Below the pieces are notes generated by a model that saw nothing but the letters and a program-made list of their open reading frames with translations, had not been told where the DNA came from and did not search any database. Positions 24,370 to 36,369 of a stretch of DNA of 64,000 bases are shown piece after piece. A program made the translations under genes and the position numbers. How positions within the stretch are numbered: position 1 is the first letter of the stretch; each line of letters opens with the position of its first letter. Origin of the DNA: Malacoraja senta (lineage: Eukaryota); contig CM075992.1 of NCBI GenBank assembly GCA_038087875.1, forward strand, positions 8,372,001 through 8,436,000. Reading direction: 5' to 3'.

Positions 24370-27300
24370 TATATGGCTCTATAACTACAACTGCAGGCTG
24401 TTGGACTAGAGCATGGTCTGCACCTTCCCCCAACACTATCTACTGAGTCTCTGCATCATTTCACACCTAGCCACCCACCTTCAGGTTCCCACGGACAGTC
24501 CACTTAGTAGAAGTTGTGACTTTCTCTTGGAACACAAGGCTTAGCCAACACCCATCTCCCTCTGATGTATTACAGCCCTGAGCTGCTGACATTTTCTGCA
24601 GATATAGTTGCTATGGGTCGTCTTGTTCCCATCAGCTCCATTTATGGTTCATCCAACCACTGCTATGCTTGTCTAAATGTAATCTAGTCGTGGAGATAGT
24701 TTCATTTTAAAAATTAATTAAATAGAAAGTTACACCGTCGCACTTAGGGCATAGAACCTGCCGTAGTTCAGTTCACCGGAGACACACAAAATGCTGGAGT
24801 AACTCAACGGGACAGGCGGCATCTCTGGAGAGAAGGAATGGGTGACGTTTTGTGTCGAGATCCTTCTTCAGACCGAGAGGCAGGGGAAAGGGAAACGAGA
24901 GATATAGATGGTGATGTAGAGAGATATAGAACAAATGAATGAAAGATATGCAAAAAAAATAACTATGATAAGTCACGACGAGGGCAGGTGGGACTAGTGC
25001 AGCTGGGACATGTTGGCCAGTGTGGGCTAGTTGGGCCGAAGGGCCTGTTTCCACACTGTATCACTCCATGACTCTATAAAGGAAACAGGCCATTATAAAG
25101 AAGTGGGCTGGGTGAAAACGTGTTACAGACAATGAGACTCAACAAGATGACTTGAAACTAGTATGATGACTTGGGTGGGGAAGGTACGGAGAGAGAGGGG
25201 ATGGAAGGTTCTGTCTGGTTGTCCACTGGCTACAGCCCCATTGTTTATCACTGTATACTGCCTGTTTACCTCTGCAAAGGTCAACCTTATTAGAATTTAA
25301 CATTTACGCTAAATTAGGCACGTAAATATTGAAACTCCCTCATTGACTCAAGTGTGCAGAAACTGCACTCTGTGGTTGCCACTGAATGGAACTACAAGAG
25401 GAAGAGTAAGAAGAGTCTTACGTCTGTGGGGGTGAATTAGTTTAGAGATACAGCACGGAAACAGGCCTTTCGGCCTACCCAGTCCGCGCCGACCAGCAAT
25501 CCCCGCACACTAACACTATGCTACACACACTAGGGACCATAATTCCAGAAGGCAATTAACCAACAAACCGGTAGGTCTTTGGAGTGTGGGATGAAACCGG
25601 AGCACACGGAGAAACACACATTATCACGGGGAGGACGTACAAACTCCGTACAGACAGCACCCGTAGTCAGGATCGAACCCAGGTCTCTGATGCTGTAAGG
25701 CAGCAACTCTACCGCTGCGCAAACCTTCTGTCCTGGTGTTACCAGGAGAATAGATTTTTAAGAAGAACCGGTGAATGTGGTACATTTTGATTTCTGGAAG
25801 GTTCCACATGTAAGTCATAGAATCATAGAGTGATACAGCTTGGAAACAGGCCCTTTGGCCCAACTTGCCCATACCGGCCAACATGTCCCAGCTACACTAC
25901 TCCCACCTGCCTCTAAACCTGTCCAATCCATATACCTAACTGTTTCTTAAACGTTGGGATAGTCCCAGCCTCAACTACCTCCTCTGGCAGCTCGTTCCAT
26001 ACACCCACCACCCTTTGTGTGAAAACGTTACCCCTCCAATTCCTATTAAATCTTTTCCCCTTCACATTAATGGGTGTAGGAAAGAACTGCAGGTGGAACT
26101 CAGCGGGACAGGCAGCATCTCTGGAGAAAAGGAATAGGTGACGTTTGGGGTCGAGACCCTTTTCAGACTGAGAGTCGAGGGGGAGGGAAAGTAGAGGCAT
26201 GAAATGGTATGGAACAAATCAGAGCCGGCACCGACGACCAAGGAAAAGTGGAGAATTTTGTGTTAAATTTTAGGTTCCACGTAGAAAGTTGTTTATGAGA
26301 TTAGACTGTGTGGGATTGGAGTTACTAGAGTGACGTGGGTGGGGAATTGGTCATCGGACAGAAAGAAGACAGGTTTGCAGAATGTGACTCGCTCACACCC
26401 TTGGGACTCTATATCGCAACTTGGCTGAGGCTCAGCAGAGAAAGGGGAAACACAAAGTAGTCTCGAGAAGTGTGGGCTGATGTGCTTATTGACTGTCAGC
26501 ATTAACAACCCCGTCATCCGTGGGCCGAATGGCCTATTCCTGTGCTGTACACTTCTATGTTGACACGATGAATTGATTCTGGGAAGATGATATGGTAAGC
26601 TGATGTTTAGGCAATAATGTTAAAATATTGAAAACGCCAGCAAAAAATTAAGTTTGCGTGTATTAAAGTTAAAATTTCAACAGGAGTTAGTAAATATTTG
26701 CATCCATTTGTTTGAAGAGGTTTGCATGCCAGGAGTGTAGCTGTTAGCCACAAGCATTATCACACATCCGATGGCATTTCACACTGCCGTCTGTACAGAA
26801 CTCTTTCTCAATCTGAATCGGTCTGAAGTGCTGAATCAGCAGAATAATGAAAGGCCTGGATAGAGTGGATGTGGAGAGCATGTTTCCACTAGTGAGAGAG
26901 TCTCGGACTGGAGGTCACAGCCCCAGAATAATAGGACGTTCCTTTAGGATGGAGATGAGGGGGAGTTTCTTTAGTCAGAGGGTGGTGAATCTGTGGAATT
27001 CTTTGCCACAGACGGCGGTAGAGGCCACAAGTCAGTGGATATTTTTAAGGCAGAAATAGATAGTTTCTTGATTAGTACGGATGTCAGGGGTTATGGGAGA
27101 AGGCAGGAGAATGGGGTTCGGAGGGAGATAGATCAGACATGATTGAATGGCGGAGTAGATTTGATGGGCCGAATGGCCTAATTCTGCTCCTATCACATGA
27201 TCTTATGAAGAGAGCAGCACAGTCGCTGGCATTCGAAGAGTTGAACAGATTCTCTTCCCTCTCCTCTGTCTCACTCTGGCAGAGGTGCCCGACACATCCC

Positions 27301-30300
27301 ATTTGCCCACTCTCCCTAAGCTTATAGACCAAGGGCAGAACGGTGGCGCAGCGGTAGAGTTGCTGTCTCACAGCGCCAGAGACCCGGGTTCGACCGTGAC
27401 TACGGGTGCTCCCTGTACGGAGTATGTACGTTCTCCCCGTGACCTGCGTGGGTTTTCTCCGAGATCTTCAGTTTCCTCCCACACTCCAAAGACGTCCAGG
27501 GTTGTAGGTTAATTGGCTTGGTGTAAATGTAAAAATTGTCCTGTAGGATAGTGTTAATGAAACAAAACTAAACTAAATATGTTGGAAGCTGATCCATCAG
27601 TTCACCCAGATAAAACCCCCTGCCCTCATTTAACCCTCTCGTAGAGTCACAGAGTCATAGAGTGATACAGTGTGGTAACAGGCCATTCGGCCCAACTTGC
27701 CCACACCGGCCAACATGTCCCAGCTACACTAGTCCCACCTGCTCGCATTTGGCCCATATCCTGCCAAACCTGTCCTATCTATGTACCTGTCTAACTGTTT
27801 CTTAAACGTTGGGATAGTCCCAGCCTCAACTACCTCCTCTGGCAGCTTGTTCCATACACCCACCACCCTTTGTGTGCAAAAGTTACCCCTCAGATTCCGA
27901 TTAAATCTTTTCCCCTTCACCTTGAACCTATGTCCTCTGGTCCTCGATTCCCCTACTCTGGGCAAGAGACTGGGCATCTACCCGATCTATCCCCCTGTTT
28001 CTTAAACGTTGGGATAGTCCCAGCCTCAACTATCTCCTCTGGCAGCTTGTTTCATACACCCACCACCCTTTGTGTGAAAAAGGGTGCATTATGACTGTAG
28101 TTTCTGACATGTCATCAGTAAAACTACAGAGGAGTTTTTCTATGAATCATGTTACCAGCTCAATAGGGGATTTCCATGCCACAACACTGAGAATCAGTGC
28201 CTACTGAAGGGTTGTTTGATTGAACAGTCTTGACACAAGTTCAACGCGTATGTTCGCAATGTCTTCCTCCCGCTCCCCACAGCGGAGCTTGATAGATTCT
28301 CGATTAGTGAGGGCGTCAAAGATTACGGGAACACAGGACAATGGGGTTGAGAGGGAAAGATTGATCAGCCATGATCGCATGGCGGAGTGGACGCAAAGTG
28401 CTGGAGTAACTCAGCGGTTCAGCCAGCATCTCTGGAGAAAAAAGATGAGAGGTGTTTTGGGTCTTCAGAAAAAGTGTTTCCTCGTCTCCGTTCTAAATGG
28501 CTTACCCCTTATTCTTAAACTGTGGCCCCTGATTCTGGACTCCCCTAACATCGGGAACATGTTTCCTGCCTCTAGCGTGTCAATCACACTAGGGACAATT
28601 TACACATACACCAAGCCAATTAGCCTACAAGCTTTGGAGTGCGGGAGGAAACCGAAGATCTCGGGGAAAACCCACGCAGGTCACGGGGAGAACGGACAAA
28701 GTCTGTACAGACAGCGCCCGTAGTCGGGGATCGAACCCGGGTCAAAGTGTTTGGATTCTACTCCCAACCCACCTACCCTATCATGTTTAGTTTAGAGATA
28801 CATCATGGAAACAGGCCCTTCGGCCCACCGAGTCCACGCCGACCATCGATCACCCATTCACACTATTTCTATGCTATCCCAGTTTCCCAACCCACACTAT
28901 GGGGGCAACTTACAGAAGCCAATCAACCTACTAACCTCCATGTCTTTGGGATGTGAGGGGGAAACCGGAGCACCTGGAGAAAACCCACGCAGTCACGAGG
29001 AGAAAGTGAGATCTCTGTACAGACAGTACCCACGGCCTGTGCGTGATGTATATCCTCCCCAAACAGTAATCACATGCCAGGAAGGAGCAGACATTCTTGG
29101 GCGGCACACTGCTGCAGTGGGTAGAGCTGCTGCCTCACATCGCCAGAGACCCAAGTTAAATCCTGACCTCGGGTACTGCCTGTGTGGAGTTCGCACGTTC
29201 TCCCTGTGACTGCGTGGGTTTCGTCCGGGTGCTGCGGTTTCCTCCCACATCCCAAAGACGTGCGGGTTTGTAGGTCAATTGGCCCTCTGTAAATTGCCCC
29301 CTAGTGTGCAGGGAGTGGATGAGAAGGTGGGATAACATGGAACTAGTGTGAACGGGTGATCACTGGTCAGCGTGGACTCCAAGCCCGTACGAAGCTTTTC
29401 AAAAAGGGGGGTGGCACAAGCCCGTACGAAGCTTTTCAAAAAGGGGGGTGGCATGACAGGATTACAAACATTTAATGTGAAATAATGTGCGTGCTGCGCA
29501 CGTCACGAGCACGAAGCGTGAAGTCCCTCGATGCCGGGGTCCAGGGCCCTGGAAGCTCAGGGTTTTAGATGCTCTCTGATGCATTGTGAGCCTTAATTTG
29601 GAGCATTTTTGCATCAAATTTATGACCAATATTTCAAAAATTAACAGGAATCTGAGAGGTAGCTTTTTCACACAAAGGGTGGTGGGTGTATGGAACAAGC
29701 TGCCAGAGGAGGTAGTTAAGGCTGGGACTATCCTAATGTTTAAGAGACATTTGGACACGTACATGGATAGGACAGATTTAGATGGATATGGGCCAAACGC
29801 GTGTGAGTGGGACTAGTGTAGATGGGACATGTTGGTCGGTGTGGGCAAGTTGGGCTGAAGGGCCTGTTTCCACACTGCATCATTCTATACCTAACAAGTT
29901 AAGAAGAGAAATGCATGTAGATAAGTAGAGCAGATTTGAAAGAGGAGTGAAATGTAAAGGCAGAGAGAGGTTTATGGGTGGAAAGGAACATAGGAAAGGA
30001 GGGGGGAGAGTGGGCTTGGGCAGGGATGTGGGTGGAAGGGAAAATAGACACAAAGTGCTGGAGTAACTCAGTGGGGCAGGCAGCATCTGTGGAGAAAATG
30101 TATAGATTATATTTTGGGTCAAGACCCTTCTTCAGTAATATTCATGATGTGACATGCATAGACATTCCTGAATGTTACCCAAACCATCGTGAGCTACTTT
30201 GTGACGGTGCTTGCCCTCTCCTATAACGTCTCTGCTGCCTTGGGTGATGCAGGACAGGACACAAGCTTTGGGACATGGTGTGAAGCTGTTGCCGTCTGTC

Positions 30301-31569
30301 CCAGCCTGGTAAAAACCTGGATGGAGTGGATGTGGAGAGGATGTTTCTACTAGTGGGAGAGTCTAGGACCAGTGGCAGCAGCCTCAGAGTTAAAAGACAT
30401 TCCTTTAGGAAGGAGATGAGCAGGAATTTCTTAAGTCAGAGGGTGGTGAACTGTGTAATTCAGTGCCACAGACAGCTGTGGAGGCCAAGTCAATGGACAT
30501 TTTTCAGGAGGAGATTGATAGATTCTTTATTGATACGGGTGTCAGAGGTAATGGGGAGAAGGCAGGAGAATGGGTTTGAGAGGGAAAGATAGATAGAGTC
30601 ATAGAGTGATACAGTGTGGAAACAGGCCCTTCGGCCCAGAATGTCCCATCTACACTGGTCCCAACCTGCCCACGTTTGATCCATATCCCTCCGAACCTGT
30701 CCTATCCATGTACCTGTCTAACTTTTTCTTAAATTTTGCGATAGTCCCAGCCTCAACTACCTCCTCTGGCAGCTTGTTCCATACCCACACCACCCTTTGT
30801 GTGAAAAAGATACCCCTCAGATTCCTATTTAATCTTTTGCCCTTCAACTTAAACTTATGTCCTCGATTCACCTACTCTGGGCAAAAGATTCAACCATATC
30901 TATTCAAATCATGATTTTATACACCTCTATTAGATCATCCCTCATCCTCCTGTGCTCCATGAAATTGAGTCCCAGCCTACTCAACCTCTCCCTATACTCT
31001 GGCCCTCTAGTCCTGGCAACATCCTCGTAAATCTTCACTGTACCCTTTCCAGTTTGATGACATATTTCCTATAACATGGTGCCCAGAACTGAACACAATA
31101 CTCTGAATGCGGCCTCACCAACTTCTTATGCAACTGCAACATGACCTCCCAACTTCTATACTCAGCCTGACCCGCTGAGTTACTCCAGCACTCTGTGAAA
31201 CGTCACAGAACAGGGCAAGATTAGCCCTGTGGAAGTGAGTGGATTTGCAAATAGTGAAGATGGTTGTGAAAGATTGCAGCAGGATCTGGATCAATTAGCC
31301 AGGTGGGCAGAGGAATGGTTGATGGTTGCATGGTTCCTTGAAGGTCGAGTCGCAGGTATATCAGGTGGTCAAAAGTATTTTGGCACTTTGGCCTTCATCA
31401 GTCAGAGTATTGAGTATAGAAGTTGGGAGGTCATGTTGCAGTTTAATAAGACGTTGGTGAGACCGCATTTAGAATATTGTGTTCAGTTCTGGGCACCATG
31501 TTATAGGAAAGATGTCAAACTGAAAAGAGTACAGAGATCCCCAACCTGGATCAGTCCAATCAGGGTTGT

Positions 31570-32150
31570 GTCGCCGCAAACATGAGAAGCTTGACAGAGG
31601 TGTCTGTGGAGGTGCAGTCGTTGGTGTAGCGAGAGTAGAGGAGCGGGGAGAGTACGCATCTTGCGGTGCTCCTATGCTGAGCGTTTGCGGGTCCGAGATG
31701 TGCTTTCCCGCCTCACACGCTGCTTCCTGTCTGTCAGAAAGCTGGTGATCCACCGACAGAGGGGTTCAGGCACAGTCAACTCAGAAAGTTTGGAGTGTAG
31801 TAGCTCTGGCACAATGGTGTTCAATGCAGAGCTAAAAATCAACAAACAAAATCCTTGCATAGGTCCCCTGGCGGTCTAGGTGTTGGAGGATGAAATGCAG
31901 GCCCAGATCGACTGCATCATCCACAGATCTATTGGCCTATTATGCAAAATGTAGAGGGTCCAGCAGGGGGATTGTGATATTTTTCAGCTTGGCCAGCACA
32001 AGCCTTTCAAGGATCTTCATGACTACAGAGGTCAGTGCGACAAGCCTGCAGTCATTAAGACCAGTAATCCTTGCCTTTTTAGGTACAGGGACAATAGTGG
32101 AGACTTTGAAGCAGGCAGGGACTACATCTTTGCAGGGACTGGTTAAAATG
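31570..32150 (-). mobile_element. Rex1/Babar-type LINE RT fragment, degenerate
   Basis: ORF 31672-31860 FSSALNTIVPELLHSKL...CRWITSFLTDRKQRVR. Confidence 0.7.
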
Positions 32151-32330
32151 AGTAATTGGGTGTGGAGTGGTGGTTGGAGGGGGGTGGGTGTACAAGGGCC
32201 CAGTCTTTGGCAGACTTAGGTCAGGCTGTGAGTGGGTGTGAATTGTTGGTTGGGGTGGGAAAATGTCCAGTCTTTTCATACTGGAGTCTTGCCTTAAGTA
32301 GAGTGCAGGGTCCATTCTTTGCAGACTGAG

Positions 32331-32733
32331 CAAAGATCCTATAGCAAGCAAGATGGTCCACTCGACGAAAAGACGTAGTACGGTCATGGGCAGATTCATG
32401 GGTAATTTTCGGACCCATTTCAGTAACCGGCTTCCGTCTCCGCACCAAAGATCCCATAGAATAATAGTGCGGAGACGGAAGCCGGTTATGGAAACATCCT
32501 CGTAAAAATAAAAGTTATTTGGTAAAAATCTTCTCCTCATTTTCAGAATTCAAATTTATTAACACAAACTGTTCCCTCGCAACGTTGATTACACTGCGAG
32601 TCGGGTCGGGTCGGGTCGGGTCCGGTTACAGAAATGGATGAAAAATTGGCCCACGTTCCGTTCCGTTGCGTACTACAAGTCAGTCCGTTGCATTTAGCAG
32701 GAATGGTCTATCTTGCTCCGCTATAGGATCTTT
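32331..32733. mobile_element. Non-autonomous TIR element, superfamily unassigned
   Basis: TIR caaagatcctatagc / gctataggatctttg with an internal inverted repeat. Confidence 0.7.
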
Positions 32734-33294
32734 GGTTGGGAGGGGGTTTCAGGGTTCCGTTTCTGATTTTCAAACCTGCAGTAAAACTCATTCAGGTCGT
32801 TCGTCAGCTGATGATTGTCCAAAGAGCGGGGGCTTTCCTCTTATAGCTGGTGATTTCTTGCAAACTGAAGAAGAGTCACTAGCTGCGAACTTGCTCCTCA
32901 ACTTCTCAGAGTACCTTTCCTTGGTAGCTCTGATTTCTCTTCTCAGCTCTTTATCGATTAGGCTATCTTTTAACTCCTTAACGATTAGGCTATCGGCTTG
33001 ACACATATTTGCCCCACCCCATCTCGAAATGGAAATGTTACATCTGTATATAATGATCCCATTAAAATGTATATTTATGTCACAAACTGTGGAATTCATA
33101 TTTTTCAGTATTGTTATCAAGGAAAAGAAAGCAGTTCCAATTGTTAGATATTATTTGATATTGTTTAAAATTATTCATATGGAGGAGAAAATATAATAGC
33201 TTTAAAACCTACCTTAATTTTGCAATCTCACTAAAGATAATCTCCCTTTCCCTCTCCCCTCCCCTCCCCATCTCCCTCTCCCCTGATGAAGGTG

Positions 33295-33615
33295 GCGTGG
33301 GCCCAGCGGGGGTCAGCGGGGTTGACGTGGGCCCCGCGGGGGTCAGCGGGGGTGGTGTGGGCCCAGCAGGGGTGGCTTGGGCCCAGCGGGGTTGGCGTGG
33401 GCCCAGCGGGGGTGGCGTGGGCCCAGCAGGGGTAGCATGGGCCCAGCGGGGGTGGCGTGGGGCCAGAGGGGTGGGGTGGGTCAGCGGGGGTGGCGTGAGC
33501 TCAGCGGGGGTCAGCGGGGGTGGCGTGGGTCAGCGGTGTTGGCGTGGGCCCAGCGGGGTGGCGTGGGCCCAGCGGGGGTCAGCGGGGGTGGCGTTGGCCC
33601 AGCGGGAGTGGCGTG
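33295..33615. repeat. GC-rich minisatellite, unit about 20 bp (ggcgtgggcccagcgggggt)
   Basis: Imperfect tandem copies with G-runs on the + strand. Confidence 0.9.
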
Positions 33616-34919
33616 GGCGGAAGATGGCTTAGACCCTGGCGGCAGGGGGAGGCGAGGGGAGCGGGCCCCGCCGCAGCGGCGTCTGGTGTTGGGGTTACAG
33701 ACGCTGGGTTCAAATTCAGCCACTCCCGCCCAGCGACGGGTGGGCGGTTTCCTGGTCGCCATGCTGGCAGACACCGCACCCCCCTCCTCCAGTCCTCTCC
33801 TCCCTACCTCGGGCCCAGAGAAATGGGTTATTAAATCATCCCGCGGGCCGGATTAGACCCCCCTCCTGCAACGCGATATTCCACTACTTATCTGGAGTAG
33901 ACGCGAGGCATCAAGCTCAATGTGTGCAGTACAAATGGCAGTCTGATCCTGCCCGGGCCCACTGCGCACGCGAGGAGAGATGGCGTCATTTTGCGTCTCT
34001 TCCCCAACTGCGCAGGCGCGGATGGTCGCATTTTTTTCTCCCAATTCATCCGGCTGCCACAAGAATTTCGGGCGATTTCCGACAAAGTGGAAACGCTGAT
34101 TGCGCTCCGATTTTTTTTTTTCTCGGGATATTTTTCTTACCCAATGCACCCAACGCACCCCCCCTTCGGACGGCCATGGACTCGGTGGGTCAAAGGATAG
34201 ACACAAAATGCTGGAGTAACTCGGCGGGTCAGGCAGCATCTCTGAAGAAAAAGGATGGATGACGTTTCGGGTCAGAACCCTTCTGGGGCGTCAAAGGGCC
34301 TGTTTCAATCTTCCAATCAATTCAATCCTCACAATGGGTGCGTTTAAGAAGTGCAGGGCAGTAACTCTGGAAGACAGTATTCTATGTGTTAATCAAGGAG
34401 GGAAGCATAGTTACAAGAACAGATTCGTAGAATACATTTGTGATCGTTTCCTGGAATAACATGTAAAGCAGCCGGGGGAGGTGAACACAATGCTTGGACT
34501 CCGGTAATGGGTTATGTGACAAGTTTAATAAAAGACATCAGGGTTGGAGATCTCCTGAGAAGATTAGAGCATGATAGAACTTTGCAGTTAGCACGAGTAA
34601 GAATCTAGGCTCAGAACACAGAGTATTTAACTTAATTGAGAGCATTTACAATGGAACAAAAAGGAGAGTTGGCTAAAGTAAACACAGCAAATAAGCAAGA
34701 TAAGAGAGTTGGCAAAAGGCCGCAAATTTTAAGGAGGTATTTTAACCAGTAAAAAGGGGAAAGATTCTGAAGGAGGCAAAATGGCCAACAGTGGCAATCC
34801 AAAAGTCAAAGGATAATATTATGGAGAAACAAATCTGGTGGTGGACTCGAAGGCTGGGTCGGCACGGTGGCGCAGCGGTAGAGTTGCTGCCTCACAGCGC
34901 CAGGTTCGATTCTGACTAA

Positions 34920-35144
34920 AGGGCCTGTCTCACTTGGCGATTTTTTCAGCGACTGCCGGCATCTTTGACCGTGATCAAGTCACCGAAAAATTAGCAGCGT
35001 GACACGGCGTGATGACGTATGACACGCGGTGTTTTTTCAAGTGCCGCAACATTTTGTTTGTCACCGCTGGATTTTTGAAATGTTCAAAATCTTTTGGCGA
35101 CCCTGATATGATGCCGAAAAAAATCGGCAAGTGGGACAGGCCCT
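34920..35144. mobile_element. Harbinger-type MITE inserted into a SINE (truncated relative at 35953-36075; another family member at 41119-41363 inside CR1)
   Basis: TIR agggcctgtc(t/c)cacttg; TAA duplicated on both sides; SINE sequence resumes after it. Confidence 0.85.
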
Positions 35145-36120
35145 TAAGGGTGCTGTCTGTACGGAATTTGTCCGTTCTCCCTGTGACTGCGTGGGTTTTC
35201 TCCAGGTGCTCTGGTTTCCTCCCACATTCCAAAGATGTGCAGGCTTCTAGGTTAATTGGCTTCTGTAAATTGTGAATTGTGTCTATTTTAGTGTAGTTCA
35301 TGGTCAAGTGTACCACGGTGCAGAGAAAAGCTTTTTTTTAAACCTGCTAACCAGTCTAAGACGATACATGACTCCAATCGAACCATTCACAGTGTACGGA
35401 TACAGGATAATGTGAATAACGTTTAGTGTAAGATAATGTCCATAAAGTCAATTAAAGATAGTCCGAGGGTCTCCAATGAGGTCGAAAGTAGCTCAGGACT
35501 GCCTTTGTGTGTAGCGTAGTGCTATTGAATGGGGTGATGGCTGGTCGGCATGGACTCTGTGGGCTGAAGGGCCTATTTAAGTCTAAAGACTGGAATGAAT
35601 GCAGGATTTAACAAAGGAGGATAAAAAGATAATAAAGTGAGAAAGAGAACAATGGGGAAAAGTTGGATATTTGTATTCTTTTAAGTTTTGCAAAGGAAGT
35701 TCATGTGAACATTGCCTTTTTAGACAACAAGCCCGAGATAATAGGTATTGGGAACAGACTGACGTTTGGATTAGTTTATTATCATATACATGAGGGCGCG
35801 ATGAATGTTCTCGTTCTTCTGAATCTGAGATTAAATTATAGACATGGCAGTGATGGATACAACAATAAATGCAAAACAGCAGATTGGTGAAAAGATTGCA
35901 TTGTAACACGAAGCAGTGCCAAAAATATACATTCGACAGATATACTGCATCAAGGGCCTGTCCCACTTGCCGATTTTTTTGGCGACTGTCGGTGTCATAT
36001 CAGTGTCGCCAAAAGATTTTGAACATTTCAAAATCCAGCGGCGACAAAAAAATGTTGCGACACTTGAAATCACCGAAGGGCCCTGTTTCCACGCTGTATC
36101 TCGAAACTAAACTAATCTAA

Positions 36121-36170
36121 AGAAGGGTCTGAAGAAGGGTCTCGACCCGAAACGTCACCCATTCCTTCTC
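36121..36170 (+). ncRNA. Minimal type I hammerhead ribozyme motif (best-preserved copy)
   Basis: AGAAGGGU-CUGAAGA-A-GGGU-CUCG-ACCC-GAA-ACGUC^ACCCAUUCCUUCU: catalytic core, stem II, palindromic ACGU stem III, GUC triplet, stem I GGGU/ACCC. Confidence 0.75.
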
Positions 36171-36280
36171 TCCAGGGATGCTGCCTGTCCCGCTGAGTTA
36201 CTCCAGCACTTTGTGTCTATCTTCGGTTTAAACCAGCATCTGCAGTTCCTTCCTACACCAATGTCTCTTTTGTTTCCTAG

Positions 36281-36369
36281 GGCTCTATATCTGTTTCACT
36301 TGGGATCAACATGTTACTTGTTTAACATGTGAAGACGGATACATACCCTTGACAACAGCACATGTGTCG
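36281..36369 (+). CDS. ADGRE-like exon: end of signal peptide plus N-terminal half-EGF (GLYICFTWDQHVTCLTCEDGYIP / DNSTCV), with an apparent 1-bp deletion
   Basis: Acceptor tctcttttgtttcctag, donor G|gtgagt. 89 nt long. The CEDGY motif and the DNSTCV(D) end lie in different frames. Confidence 0.7.

Noticed and set aside
3085..30310. Candidates for ADGRE exon 1 (e.g. MWTFCG near 3122, MKYLLYNI near 10772, MER near 22054)
   Set aside because: Weak donors, wrong phase or poor signal-peptide character; none supportable.
33511..33774. MATRKPP... ORF as first exon of a minus-strand gene
   Set aside because: No clear donor; runs into the minisatellite; no recognisable homology.
34330..35950. Apparently unique sequence as possible exons
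   Set aside because: Reads as highly decayed CR1 coding sequence interrupted by SINE and MITE insertions.
36281..36369. Selenocysteine or read-through of TGA in the phase-2 frame
   Set aside because: That frame loses the CEDGY motif; a 1-bp indel is simpler.
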